Shown here one piece after another: positions 1 through 13,239 of a DNA stretch of 64,000 nt. Both the position numbers and the translations under genes were made by a program. Numbering within the stretch: position 1 is the stretch's first letter; each line of letters starts with the position of its first letter. The stretch is from Botryllus schlosseri (lineage: Eukaryota): the NCBI GenBank assembly GCA_051294905.1, contig CM119371.1:20090001-20154000 (forward strand), in the 5' to 3' direction. The notes beneath the pieces are model-generated. The model had not been told where the DNA came from, did no database searches, and worked only from the letters and a program-made list of their open reading frames with translations.

Positions 1-127
1 AACTATACGGCCGTTCACACATATTTATATTAACGTGTGTTGGCGGCAATCAATTCGACTTGAAAGTGCCTCACTGTTATGTTCGTGCATTTTACGTTGG
101 TATCGTTTGTCTCTCATTTGTCTAGGA

Positions 128-580
128 CAGTGGTTGCCAACCTGTGGTACGCGTACCACTGGTCGTACGCTAAGGTCTTCACGGTGGTACGCGAGTAGAT
201 TCTGATTTCTTTCGACCGAAGGGAGTTATTAGTTCAGTTGGGGTTGATTTTGAGTTTTTTGAAGCCACGATCGTGGTGGGCAGGCGTAATCCCACCAATG
301 GCGGCCTGCGGGGAAGAGATCTAGTCGTGAAGAATTGGGATTCTTACCTAACCAAATTACGTTTTAATATATTTGACCGCAATAATTCCAAATAAAACCA
401 CTACAGAAATCATATACTGTGCCTAAAAACGGGCAGTTTATGTTCCGTTTCGCTGACTTTGGCAGCTCAACATCATGGAAACATTTTGACCGCCTTCGGC
501 GCGCGTAACTTGTGTAGGTGGTACGCGAACACTGCATAAAACCTCGAAAGGGTACGTGGGTGGAAAAAGGTTGGGAAGTG
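128..580. mobile_element. hAT-type MITE (CAGTGGTTGCCAACC terminus, GGTACGCG subterminal motifs)
   Basis: Left terminus at 128; degenerate right end AAAAAGGTTGGGAA at ~564-577; no TSD recovered. Confidence 0.6.
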
Positions 581-636
581 GAAGGTTGAAGGTGGAATGT
601 TGGCTTCTGTTGTCTACGGGTCATTTTCGGTTAACT

Positions 637-3600
637 CAGTGGTTATTAACGTTTTTCTCTCCAGCGCCTCCTTTCAATAATCATCGTTTTTCAGCGCCCC
701 CACCCCATACTGCAAGGACTGTGATAAAGACAATGATTTAGAGGGAGAACCGTCACAGCACTTCGTCAGCCCCCTAAAAAACGACTGTCTTGCGCACCCA
801 TAGCGTGATAAACCAAACCTCGTGAGGGCTTCGCCCCCGAAAACCCTTTGGCATGATTTCGATGGTCAGCAAAGTTTGTGTGGCCTGGTCGCCCTAGGTG
901 CCAACATTTTTAATAATGCATGAATGGATAGCTGGTAATTGCATATATATGTCGCTATAAACTTTTTATCCTCTTATCCAACGTAATCAGATTTACCAGT
1001 AGCGCCGAGTGAACTGTTCTGTAGGAAAATGAAGGTCACGTAATCAATAATTGAACATATTCAGGCGTGCCCGCTGGTACATTTAATTCGTTACATGTTG
1101 TTATTTTGTTACCTGTTGTCCGCTTAATAGTCAAAACATATTGAAACGCATAAACGCACACGATTCCAAATTAGTATTTCTTCACTGGCAAATAATTTCC
1201 TCTGATGGATGTTATTTGCCCAGTGGGGTGCAGATTGCGACGACATGTTAATTCGGCACGAGCGATTTAAGCACCTATGGACAATGGACTTATATACATC
1301 GTAGTTTACGGTCAACATATGGGCAATCCTCTTCGGCTGAGGTTTTCTCGCTGACGATCTTTTTGACACACTTCTCGGAGTCCCATATTGATTCGTGCAT
1401 CGTGGCGTGGTAATGGCCGACGCCGAAATGCCAATTTCTATTTTGTATATTTATGCGTATTCTTCCCTGGGGAGTCGTCAAAACATGATGTGTCATTTAT
1501 GCTCATTCACCGAAATAATTTAGGGCACCCTTCGAGCTCACCGATTGGGGGTTTGGGTTGCAGCAGTTTCGGTCCTGGTATAAGGTCTTCGCGGGACTTT
1601 GGTATTGGAAATATTTCGCGCTTTAACCGAATGGCAACGGCTGCAATTTTCGAAAAATTTTACTTCAATTATCAAAATCGAAAAACTGTGCCTTAATGGG
1701 ATTGGAGCCCGGTAAACAAGGTAGCGTTCGATTCAGAATTTCAACGCGGATCCGATTGCGCCACTCAAATCATTTCGAGCTCTGTGTCTGGCCACTTATA
1801 TCAAGAGCAAGCCGTGAAAACGTTGGTTGGAAACAGAAATGCTAAATTGCGGACCTTATGAACCTTAGTATAGGTATTCGACGACCATACAGTCTGGTGT
1901 ATTGTATATGCTCAAAATTCATCGTTCTAGACTCTAGAGAGCCCTGAGTCGACGGTCTACGTCTAGCAGGCGCTAATTTCTAATCAAAACAATGCCGACC
2001 GTTTTAGTCAGCTCGCGGCAGACCGCCGAGAGAGTGAGTCATGGCGCGTCATTCGCGCGCGTATGGTAACTTCGAAGGCTTCTAACTCCAACTGTTGTGA
2101 CCCTATATTAGTCATTTTAGTGTTCGTAGACGGATATTTACAGTCCTTACCATAATGATTTACTGCAAATGCTTATCATTACTACAACGTAAGATATATA
2201 TCGATGTACGACAGCTCTTTGTATACCCAGACGCACGCTTTTGCGTAGGTATAATGGCTGAGTAATATTGTATGTATTCCGAATTATACTTTACCATTAG
2301 CCGTTATTTAGAATCATATAGACAACAACAATTCACAGACACAATCTATGAAGGTGTATGCCTATTAGAACACGATATATTTCACGTTATGTGACGGGTA
2401 TTCAGCCATGTGCTTGAGGCTGGTACGGTAGTCTGACGGAATTCGCTTCCCGGTTTTCAAATGAAACCTTGAGCGGTATAGAACTAACTAGTATCGTTGC
2501 TTTAGCACAATATAAACAGAAACTGACACTCGCTATTCATAGCAACAAACTACAGCTGGTTATGACGAATAAAATCAACTAAACGACGTGTATATGGCGG
2601 GTATGAGGAACGCGCGTGTCTGCGAAATGATGCTTCGGCGGATATTTTTGTCACGCGGCCTATCACATAGCTTTTGATCAGCTTAGATGTAACTAATATC
2701 AGATACGAAGATATGTGTGGACTTGTATGGACACTAGCTATTGACATAATGAAACAACTATGCCCGAAGGCGGCTAGAACGAAACATACAGAACGTTATC
2801 TGATTGTGGTCAATGACGCGCGAATTGCCGACACAGTGCATTTTGCAACATAATTATCCACGGTGTTTGATATACGATTTTGACGTCTTCGATATAATAA
2901 ATATCAAATAACAAGGTATCAATGAACTTGTACGAACAATATCTATTCACAGAAATGAACAACAACGACCTAGCACGATTAATATGTAATATATCGTGGT
3001 TTCAATTACGGCACCTTTCTCTCGCACCGGCATGTCGAAAAATAGACACGCCGGTGCGAAACGGTTAATCGCGCTCGAGGACTATGCGAGTATAATAAAC
3101 CGTATAATAACTGTGTGTGGTATATTCAGTGTCAAATCAAGGTTGGTATAACAGCAATCGGATACGGTCACATACCCTGTGATTCGAACCATCCCGAATT
3201 CACATCTGCGATTAGCAATACGGGTAAATTATTGGTGTTGGATTTTGTCTCAGTGCTTTGTGTAACTATGATAAGTCAACTGCGAATGGGATGCATACCT
3301 ATATCTGCTAACATTGAATTTAGCACCGTACCCAGTTATTAATGTTAACATGAATGTATTCCAAACAAAGCAACACATATTATATAACGTTCCTGTGAGG
3401 TTGTGAACCACAAAACTAGATAGTATCATCCTTTATGATACGATGAATAAATATTCTGTCGATGTAATTTTGTAGCTCTCAAATACAAGTATATTTAGTT
3501 ATTCATTTCCTGCACAAAGCTTCAAAAGTTATTTTATGTACCAGGAGCTCTCACTCTCAAAAGTGATGTACAGTGCCTCCAATTTCGATTTTCACACGCT

Positions 3601-4010
3601 GTGCGGTGCGGGATATAATCCCGAATTCTTAACATTTTGTTGGAAATGACCCTAGCAAGCGTGTCGGCATTGTTTTAATGGGAAATCGGCGATCTAAAAG
3701 TACGCGAAAGTCGTTTTACATGAATTATAATAACCTACTACATTCATGGAAACATGTAGCAAACATCGTCGCGTAGCGCGACCAAAAATTTCGGGATTTG
3801 ACATGTTTTGTGGAATGTTAATTTGCTCTAAATACTTCTTAAGGATATGTCCTACTACCACATCATCTACTGCGAAGCCATTTTTCTTCAGCGCCCCTCA
3901 TATCGCCCCCTGAGCCCAGCGCCGCCCATATCGCCCCCTGAGTGTTTCCGCCCCCTTCAAGATCAACAGCGCCCATTGGAGGGCGCTGGAGGCAAGGTTA
4001 AGAACCACTG
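637..4010. mobile_element. Large non-autonomous hAT-type element (~3.4 kb)
   Basis: TIRs CAGTGGTTATTAAC / GTTAAGAACCACTG; TSD GGTTAACT (629-636) vs GTTTAACT (4011-4018); CGCCCC motifs clustered near both ends. Confidence 0.75.
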
Positions 4011-4638
4011 GTTTAACTGCACTCAGGATTATGTCGCCTGTCATGAAGTTGTTCTGCTGATGATATACTGATTTCATATTGCAACCTCGTCGTATGAGGT
4101 ATTTGTTCAAACAAGATCACGAACATAACACTCACCAGTCATGAACCTCACCGCACGTCACTGAGATCTGGTTTTCAGCTAGTAATGTGTCTCGCTAGAC
4201 TCAATATCAATTACCTAGTCGCTGAAATGCGTTGTGAGGTGTCGTGCGCAAACCATTGTCCAAAGTAAAATGAAGTTTATGATCATAATACTTGTTATTT
4301 ATTTGCATTTATTTGGTGATATATCACTTCTTTTGTGGTAACTGTGCCCATCGCCTATGTTAGAGTGCACAGCGTTGCACATATGTTAATATTTAAAACC
4401 GTAATTGAAAGGCGGCCGTGGATATCAAAAACATCCCAGGATTAAGGACTTACTACGAAATTGGTGTATAATATGGTCAGGTGTACGAGTTTTTAGTAAA
4501 CGTTAAAAGGGTGTACCAAGACGACAAAGTTTGAAGAGCACCGCTGGGGACGAAGCTGTGTCCGTGAAGTTGTAATGGCTTTTGTATTGTTGCTTTGAGA
4601 ATATGATATAGTCCTTGCAAAGATACTCATATATAATA

Positions 4639-4834
4639 ATATTTCCTAAAAATGGAGGCAATACTGCACCTAACATTCCAATGCACTATTCATCTTTTCC
4701 AAACAAAACAACCATCATCGCGGTTTGGGATGACTCGATATTTCCTAAAAATGGAGGCAATACTGCACCTAACATTCCAATGCACTATTCATCTTTTCCA
4801 AACAAAACAACCATCATCGCGGTTTGGGATGACT
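4639..4834. repeat. Perfect tandem duplication, 97-bp unit at a 99-bp period
   Basis: 4639-4735 is identical to 4738-4834; explains the duplicated peptides in ORFs 4615-4857 and 4652-4873. Confidence 0.95.
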
Positions 4835-5546
4835 GGAGCTCAAGCTTCGAGTTTTAATATATTTTTGATATGAAAATATTATTAGAATGCATATTAAAGT
4901 CATTTATAATGACATGACTTGACTGTAGCCGCTGTGCGAACATGACTTGACATCTCCCAGCCACTTCGAAAATTTGCCGAACTTGACTTGACTCAAGTCA
5001 ATTTGCGGCGACACGAAGTCACTTCTGACTCGGGCGAGTGACTTAATCCCTACCTTGACCCATGTTATGTAATTTTTATAAGCAGTGAGTTGCGCAACTA
5101 ATTAATCTGAATCCTTGTTTTTTTAGAGAGATGAAGAAATGATTATTGTTGATACATTTCGAACAGGTCGCAACGAAAAATCTGGCCAGTTGATATTGTT
5201 GAACACGATTATTAATCTTTCACCGATTGGAATTGCTCTGAAAGCACAGTTTACTACCACCAGATGGTACTCGCTGGCCAAATTTGCACCCTTCGTCAAC
5301 ATGGAAACCCGAATTGAATTGATTCAGAAGACGCCGATAATGATCACTGATCACCTATCATGGTGTATACATATGTAGAATTGTACACATTCCCAGAGGT
5401 GGTCAAAGTAGTCAAGAAAGCTACTCAAGTAGAAGTACCGACGAAAAAATCTACTCAAGTACTAGTAGAAGTACTTTTTTCATAAGCAACCTAAAACTAC
5501 TTGAAGTAGAAGTAGAATTGACGGATTTTAAATCTACTCAAGTAAG

Positions 5547-7251
5547 CAGGGCATGGTATGGTATGGTATGGAACGAGAATTTTCCATACTCCATACTTGC
5601 CTTACTCTCTCCATACCATACTTGCAATTTTCCATACCATACCCACATTGTTTCATACCATACTTGATACATATTCCATACTTTCAAATACTTCAATATC
5701 ATAAGTATAGTATAGGCCTACCTTTTCTAGCACCTATATTATTGATATTTCGGATGTCATTATTGTTTAAACTAGCCATGATGCGAATCTAACTCCTGGT
5801 AAAAGTTTCAAAGTGTCTGTTTTGGTGAGGTTTAGTTCACATTGGTGAGGTACCGTGTACCTCTACTCTACAGCTTCCGCGAGCAAATTGAGATAGTCAG
5901 CAAATTGTTATCTAGGACCGTCCATAAATGGGACTGGCAACATACGGCCCGCAACGAGATTTTGTCCGGCCCGCGGACAGTTTCCCGTCTAACATGATAA
6001 TGTTGCCCGCGGCCCCAGTCTGCCGAGATTCCCCACTACTTGCCTAAACGTCAAATTTTAGTGACCGCATGTTATTACATAGGTCTGCGCACTGCGCAGC
6101 GTGCGAGAGTGGAGCTTACGCGTAAGTTCTTCGAAGCGAGAAGACTTGCATTATCGGCATTTACGATGTACTCAATCCTAATGAATTGACATATTGGTAA
6201 ATTTTGGGTAAAGGGGCTGATCAAACGCTTTGAAATCTTAATTAAGAATTGCACCGTGTGTTAGTGGATCAAAGAGAAGCAGACATGGCGGGGCCTGTAT
6301 GACAATGCTGTTCTCGAATCTACATTGTATTTTCATTATCGCCGAGAAATAGCTTTGAAGTGACATTGCTGTCGATAAAATACATTCAATAAATACGATT
6401 TATTCCTTGTATATATGGGCGAATAATTTATCCATTCAGCAATCCGGCCCTCCCCTGCTCCATAAGAATATCATCACATTTCCGGTACATTGGCATGAGG
6501 CACATGCAAGTTTGAAGTAAATACTCGCAAAATAATTTATAATATAGACGCACTCATAAAATATCCCAGCTGCAGGTGATCAATACTGCAGCGATCTGCG
6601 TGATTATTAATACAGTATTTGGTTGGGGTTTTAGTGTGGCGTACCCCACTCCCTGATCTATAATCCTAATACCTGAGCGTTTGAAATATGACTGATGAGA
6701 TATCTCGGTATGTAAATAGTATAAATGTGCGGATAATGTTTAAGAAGAAATTTAATTATCAATCACATTGAGCATTAAGTAAGTTGCATCATGATTGCTT
6801 GTAAGCTCTCGTCACTCAAGGAATGAGGTAGTTGGAGTAGCCAACATTACCAATTATTGCGTCACATGATAGACTATGCTCGGAGACGTCATGTCTAGAC
6901 TCAATAGAATATCGGATCAACATTACTGTTGTCATTATTACATCACAAAATCATGCCATTCCAAGTGCTCCGTTACACAAGCGTGTATTTGATCCTACAC
7001 AGCGTTCAATAGTTCACGTTCACACATAACAAAAGCGATCGTAATCCGTGAACAGCGAACAACGTACGCTTCATGAAGATCACGATAAAATGTATAAAAT
7101 ACCAAAGTATGGAAGTATGGAAATGTCGTTCCATACCATAGATTGAAATCTTCCATTCCATACCATACTTGCATTGTTCCATATTCCATACCAAAATATC
7201 GATCCATACCATACCATACCATACTTCCATACCATACCATACCATGCCCTG
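5547..7251. mobile_element. hAT-type non-autonomous element with (CCATA)n subterminal repeats
   Basis: ~27-bp TIR CAGGGCATGGTATGGTATGGTATGGAA; perfect 8-bp TSD CAAGTAAG (5539-5546, 7252-7259). Confidence 0.9.
5928..6457. mobile_element. hAT-type MITE nested inside the CCATA element
   Basis: Ends (a)tGGGACTGGCAAC ... CTCCCCTG; TSD GTCCATAA vs CTCCATAA; terminus matches the right end of element 46479-48061. Confidence 0.65.
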
Positions 7252-9848
7252 CAAGTAAGTAAGTAGTTCTGAAAACGATCCTATTTCGTTCACATGGATT
7301 GTCAAAAGCTACAAATTTAACTATGCGAAAGGTGCCGAGCTCGATTCCTATTGATGCATACCAGAAGGCATCCAATTTTCGACAGCATAAGCCTTCGTCC
7401 GCATCATGGGATGAAAATGTTAGTATTGAAATGGAAATGCGATATTAATCCTCTGTTTCCTCGAATAGCACGTTTTGGAAAATATCATGGTATGGCGCCC
7501 TCCCCCATATTATAAGGCCTGTAGTTTAGTCGAAGAGCAATACGGAGAAGTTGTATAGGATACGGTGTAAACACTTTGCGCGATTAGTAAACGGTAATAA
7601 AAAATATGGTGGACCGTAAAATGCCATATTGTGTAGTTTCATTTCCGGAAATTACAGGCATTACTACACTTGATTTTATACTTCAACAATCAACATGTAT
7701 GTTATCTCGACAAAAGAACTGATGTTAATTAGAACTCAAAGTATATGATACTGGGAATTGAAAGTGCAATATAATTATACCACTTCTAAAAGCGGAACAT
7801 GAATTTCATGTCTTTAGTCCAGAAAGTTTCAAAGGTGGTGTGCTAAAACAGCTCTAAAATTAAAAAAAAAAGTCAGAGTCCACTTCCCCAGAATAGAACT
7901 CGTCATGGACGTGCCAGATTACGATATGATAAGTAGCCTAAATGCTTGCTAGTTTCCAACGTAGTGATGAGCCATATATACTGTCATAAAATATTTCATA
8001 TTAGTGAAGAGCGACAATGTGGTGTGAACGGAACAACGCCAACCCACAACCTAAATTATATTCCCCGATACTTCTGTTAAATCATACTGGTGACTCCGTA
8101 TCCACTGCGCGCGAAGCGCGACGAAAATTCTGGGCTTTTCTCAACTTTTGTGAAAATTAAATGTTAATACTCCGTGAAAACAGCTTCGAAATTTTTCAGG
8201 CTATCTTCCCGACTGGAGGATTGAACTACTTCCACTTTACAAACTGAATATAGCGAAAAGTAAGTAAGTAGATCACAAAATAATACGAAAAAGACGTAGA
8301 AGTAGAGAGAATCAGATCTACTTGAGCAAGTACCAGAAGTAGAGGAAAACTACTTGAGTGCTTCGAAAAAGTAGAAGTACTTCGTTACTGACCACCTCTT
8401 TGCACTCCCACTAATAATCTGGTATTTCCGCATCGTGACCTCATGACGCATGAATGTTGATACAATAAGGTCTCTATATACGTTCTGCCTCTTTCCTTAT
8501 GGAGATCTATACCTCACGGCCCAAAGCGATGATACTACTTTACACAGCCGTCAAGTGCAGAAGTAGAATTGCGGAAATGATCAATCCCTCTGATTAGATG
8601 CATAGAAAAGTGAATTTCCACGAATTGCAGATAGACTTTCTTTATTATTTAAATCAGTCATTTGTACGCTGTATCCATTTTACGTGTTTCATTTTATTAG
8701 TCGATCCTAAAGAATGGAGGCGTTTTTGGCTTCGGACAGACCATTCCGGGTAGTTTGCAAAGTTTTTCCACGATGCCCTGAAAATAGATTGAAGACTTAA
8801 ATTCTGCGCATATATACTATTACATAAATCGATATTTCACAAGACCGCTTGTGTATTGTAGCCTACTTGTTTTGAAATTATCATTTACATGCACATCGCA
8901 TACTAATATTCACCGATGGCAACATTAGGGCATAACGACCGTTGGCGAAAGGGAGCATATACACCGACGTAACAGCTGAATGAAGTGTTACAGCCAGTAA
9001 CTCTTGAATACATTCGACCATAATACTTATTCAAATTTTCAATTCAATAGTTTTTACAAATGGCAACTTTCAAAATTCCAAGATGAATCTTCATATTCAA
9101 CGCGAAGCACTGATGACACTAGAAATAGCAGCAATTTCCTAAAATATATTTAGTGATCGTAATATGAGGTTACATCGCGCAGTTTTGACGATAAAACTGC
9201 ACCCATAAGAGTGACGCAAAGTTATTTCAAAACTACCTCATTATATTTGAAAACTGGAGGGATAAAATTAGGAATCTTTGCCTAAAAAACTGCCACAGTA
9301 CAAACTGGAAGGAGTCTCAAGATACCACAACTTGAGTAAATGGGAGCTGAACTTTGATCTAAGTCAAATGATAATTTGAAAATACTGTATACAATAATCA
9401 ATTTCTAAATCCGAGTTCACTTTGGATGAAGCTGTGATTCATAATTTAAGCCAACTTCCATCAAAATCTTTGGATCTGAATTAGAATCAATGACCACTTG
9501 ACCAGGTAGTCAATATGCTGAATTCAAACATAATTTATACATCGGGCACATAATATGGTACCAACCATACAATGCTACTATACGCAGCAGCAATAGGCAG
9601 GTATGTTACGTGGCTGGAACGGCCGTAACATTTCCACAGCGAGGGACATAATGCCTGGGTAATTTAATTATCTAGAGAATTCCGAGCGTAGATATTGGCA
9701 ATTTTCCGACATAATTACAGTCTTTACTAAAATTGCATTCAAATTAATGAGGGTAATAATTACAGGTTACATATTTAGCTACTGGAGGATGCGCAGCGCA
9801 GATTTGTTTTCATGCAACTGACAATGCATTGAACTGGCTGAGACTAAC

Positions 9849-10017
9849 CACGTCTCTCTTCCTCAGGCAATATCCATTAGCGGGGAACATGACCGAATCT
9901 TCGTCGCAAATTGGCTTCTCTACGCAAACCAGGCGTCTTTTGGGATCGCACGTACCGACGATACCGAAGGGCCCGCCGCATTTCTGGTAGAGTTGTTTCG
10001 AGCATACGTCACAGCAT
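9849..10017 (-). CDS. Single IGFBP-N-terminal (IB) domain protein A, coding exon 2 (R-CCDVCSKQLYQKCGGPFGIVGTCDPKRRLVCVEKPICDEDSVMFPANGYCLRKRDV)
   Basis: Acceptor ttttgttcctgttag; phase 2 matches exon 1; donor GTG|gttagt; IB-domain Cys pattern CxCCxxC-x7-CGG-x5-GxC; colinear with paralog exon 29753-29942. Confidence 0.9.
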
Positions 10018-10591
10018 CTAACAGGAACAAAAATTGAATAGTTACATGAGTTGTAACATGAATGACAATTGTTGCAACGTACATACTTTTCTTATAATTG
10101 TGTCGCAAACTCGCGATAAGCGGCTTATGAGTAGACTTCGAAATTTTGAAGAAGCATGCTTGAACAAAACTAATTTCAGATTCAAGATTCAAATTAAATA
10201 TCATCAACCATCTAATTAAATCATCACCCGAAGCATCGAAGACTCGTGTGGTACATTACTTATTTTGGTTACAAAATCGATAAAAACAAATCGAGGCTAA
10301 AATAAGCCATCAACTTGTATTTGCATTTTACTTGTGTGCGTGAGCATAACCAACTAAGACGTGTCCGGTATAATTAACGCACAACGCTCTCTAATAATAG
10401 GTTTAAATGCAAACCGTATAAGTTATGTGCATAAAATGCATGTCATAGTGCAGCCATACACACAAGTCGTGATATTCTTGTCGGTTAAGTGAGTTGCGTG
10501 GTTTCTCCAGGTTAGTATGCGTGCTTTCGAAGAACGCTCATTTAGTTCTTGTGCATGTTTGTCTATGACTATTTAGCTATAATAACAAGGG

Positions 10592-11230
10592 CAGTGGTTC
10601 ACAGCCTTTTTGACCTCACGGAACCCTCTCATAGGGGTAAAAAGGTCACCAACCTGCGTCATGTCAGTGTTCAGCGACCGGCGAAAAAGGTGAACAACTT
10701 CTGCCGCATCTCAAGATCACGGACGACTGCCCGACTGTTGACATTTTGCTTAGTTATCACACTCTCAAATGCTACTTGCGTACTAGCGTATCCCCACCAT
10801 CGACGGCGGAGGCCTCCGTTTGGTACATATCGGTAGCTAGTTCCAAAGCGTCAAAAGGTTTATCTGAGATTCTTCTCCCCTACATTGCTGTGCTCACAGC
10901 GTCTTTGCAGTGAGAATCCCAGAGAAAGACTCGCTTAAGGACAAATCCAAAAAAAATGAAAAGAGCGATGAAGCCTAAAAGAGATAAATAGAGATCGTGC
11001 ACCGACATTAAGCTAATGGGTGTGCCAAACTGGTCATTTCGACATCCTTGTATCTGTATATTGATCGGATAGTACATTGTGCGTTCTGAGCAGGTAAAAA
11101 TAATACAACGACCTATTGTGTCACACTCAGATTTTGGATTCCCTGATTTTGTTTTACTTCGATCTTGTTCACCGGAATTGCTTGCAGCACCCCTGCGCAG
11201 TCCAACTTATAAGCCGGTTGAGAACCACTG
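10592..11230. mobile_element. hAT-type MITE in the intron of IB gene A
   Basis: TIRs CAGTGGTTC / GAACCACTG; TSD AACAAGGG vs ATCCAGGG (6/8). Confidence 0.65.
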
Positions 11231-11274
11231 ATCCAGGGATATGCTTCAATCAACGACGACTACAAACAAGACGT

Positions 11275-11425
11275 TGTGTTGGAGGTCTGTCTATAGGCTC
11301 CTCATCATCACGGGATCCACGTGAGCTGTGTTTTACAAAAGCCTAAAACGAAAGTGGGCCGTGCTACAAGTCAATAAATTAGGAATGTCGGTCAGTTGCA
11401 AATGTCGAAGCACCATGAATGTCAA
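11275..11425 (+). mobile_element. 5'-truncated SINE (same family as 12932-13190)
   Basis: Shares GGAGGT...AGGCTCCTC...AAAAGCC..AAGTGGGCC...CACCATGAAT blocks with the fuller copies. Confidence 0.55.
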
Positions 11426-11769
11426 CGACAGGACGGTTAGAAGTACCCTAAGCGCTACTTCATCTTACCCCAAAGTCATTTTGGAATAGTCGCATATGGA
11501 TTCACCCAACATTTAACCTGCTACGTTATAGTCAGTGACTTACTACATCTCAAGCTCTACTCAATTTACTTTACTACTGTATTGCAATTGGGCATATCTG
11601 TCTAAAAATCTCTCAGGATACAGTCGTTCACTATGAGTTTTTTTAGAGATTTTATTCTTTACTTTTTACGTTTTAGTAATCAAAAGTTATCGTTAAGCCG
11701 CCTGGATTCGAAGCGGAAAATGGCGCACTCATTAAATCCAATGCCCGTCGAAAACTTTTGCGTTCTCAC

Positions 11770-11912
11770 CTGCACGCATCTTTAACTATGGTCACCCTCT
11801 TGCGACACTTGGGCTTTGGGCAAGGATAGGTGCCACATTCCAAGCAGCTCAGTGCAGACGTGAGAGCCGCGCAATACGCCAGCAACAACACGATGTACAA
11901 TATTTTCGCCAT
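11770..11912 (-). CDS. IB-domain protein A, coding exon 1 with signal peptide (MAKILYIVLLLAYCAALTSA-LSCLECGTYPCPKPKCRKRVTIVKDAC)
   Basis: ATG at 11912; hydrophobic signal ending T-S-A; donor AG|gtgaga; 143 nt, same length and phase as paralog exon 24608-24750; joins 10017-9849 in frame (104 aa to the next donor). Confidence 0.9.
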
Positions 11913-12004
11913 ATCTATATCAGATATGCTGCCAAGTCAAAAAATAGCATGAATATGGCTCGTTCCATCGAATCATCAAAAATTAGGTATGAAGATGCCG
12001 ATAC

Positions 12005-12116
12005 CAGTCTATCTTCACGTCCGTAGAAGTCTTGCGGTACAATTACGAGAAGTACTGTTTTTTCAACTTATTTTATAGGCCTCAAGGTGATAACCTCATT
12101 TTTTCGAATTGCGTCA
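12005..12116 (-). promoter_or_regulatory. Putative promoter and non-coding first exon of IB gene A
   Basis: Minus-strand TATAAAA at 12071-12077; TGACGCAA (C/EBP-ATF-like) at 12109-12116; donor CTG|gtatcg at 12005/12004; acceptor ttttttgacttggcag at 11929-11930 (76-nt intron). Confidence 0.5.
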
Positions 12117-12931
12117 GTCACAAATATCTCGTTTTTGTTCGAAACGCTTAATTGCAACAGTCTCTTGAGATATCCATGTTTTATTAATCAGGTAATTTAC
12201 ATATACATCTGCAGTTATCGGAAATTCAATCATTCGCATTCGCCGCGAAGTGACGTTTTTCTATACCGATCGACGCCACACTTGAGAAATTGCTAGCGCG
12301 TCAGGTGTGAATGTGTCGATCGTTCAAACCAGAATGTATCGAAACAGGCTAATGTGTGAGACACTATACTCTCCATGCATCGTCATTGTTATACTCGCTG
12401 TTTTGACACTTACAAACATGCCGGAATACCGCAACAAATGTGCCGCAACCAGATATGTTCAGTAACGCAATACTGCTGTATTTCAAAGTACTCGAGTGCG
12501 TTTTCTCTGCTTGCACCACTTGCTCATGTGGTTCTGTTCGGAATACCTCCACTTCTACTAGAGAGGTTCTTTGGGAAAACTACAGACATTTCACTAGGGA
12601 AGGTCAGTGTGGTGAATTCTTGTGCGCGATTGTCTCGTCCTTTACATTTAGTTAAACCAATTATTACTTGATTACCTGTCTTCTCCTCTATATATTGTCT
12701 CGCTCCTAATTTGTCATTTCTTGGTTCCTTATAGTTGCTGGCCTAGCTGTGCTACGTATAGTGCTCGTTTTCAATTATTAAAAGCCTTGGTTACTCTGTG
12801 AAATAAAGGTCATCACAATCAGTACCTATACCTTTGCTTCAAGTAGATTCTAGACACTTACGCTACGTTATGTTTCAAACTACTGCTACTTCATCTTGAC
12901 AGTTTTTTTTTTAATTTTTTAGCCCTAGAAT

Positions 12932-13190
12932 GCGTGGCGAGATAGCGTGATGGTACTTGCCACATCTGTTACACCAATGGGTTGCGGGTTCGAGTCCGAC
13001 CGAGGACAACTTCATGTTTCCTATCTAATTGTCGGAGGTTTACCTAGGCTCCTCCTCGTCACATGATCAGCGTGTGCGGTGTCTTAAAAAAGCCTAGAAG
13101 TGGGCCCTGATATAAGTCGGAAAATACGGAAACATAATAAAGATTATGGGCCTGGTGTAAAATGGCCAATGTCGTCGAAACACCATGAAT
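12932..13190 (+). mobile_element. tRNA-derived SINE
   Basis: A-box-like TAGCGTGATGG, B-box GGTTCGAGTCC; body shared with 15563-15850, 17520-17755 (minus), 11275-11425 and 52865-52990. Confidence 0.75.
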
Positions 13191-13239
13191 ATGAGTATTA
13201 TGAGTAAAAGCATCATAAAAATCCTACGAACTAGCCACC

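Larger units (their letters stand above)
75..4130 (+). mobile_element. Solo LTR (TGTTATGTTC...GAACATAACA) split into three pieces (75-127, ~605-636, 4011-4130) by two DNA transposon insertions
   Basis: TG...CA termini with short inverted ends; 5-bp TSD CTCAC at 70-74 and 4131-4135; the three pieces align colinearly with the intact copy at 33145-33374 (minus). Confidence 0.8.
5394..8400. mobile_element. hAT-type non-autonomous element with AAGTAG subterminal arrays (outer layer of a 3-level nest)
   Basis: TIRs CAGAGGTGGTCA / TGACCACCTCT; AAGTA/TACT repeats at both ends; TSD degenerate (CACATTCC vs TGCACTCC). Confidence 0.65.

Noticed and set aside
4270..5378. Signal-like MKFMIIILVIYLHLFG at 4270 plus a strong acceptor at 5126 and ORF to 5378
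   Set aside because: The available donors (phase 1 or 2) splice straight into stop codons; no homology support.
6995..7375. ORFs with repeated VWYGM motifs (also 5553-5792)
   Set aside because: Translation of (CCATA)n subterminal repeats of a transposon.
9240..9530. Possible LINE ORF2 remnant
   Set aside because: Only a vague resemblance (DEAVIHNLSQLP); too decayed to support.
12535..12817. Possible solo LTR (TATA-like, AATAAA, ends CATCACA)
   Set aside because: No 5' boundary, TSD or second copy found.
12932..13005. tRNA-like A/B boxes (also 15563 and 60814)
   Set aside because: No complete cloverleaf; followed by shared SINE bodies and simple-repeat tails, so these are SINE heads rather than tRNA genes.
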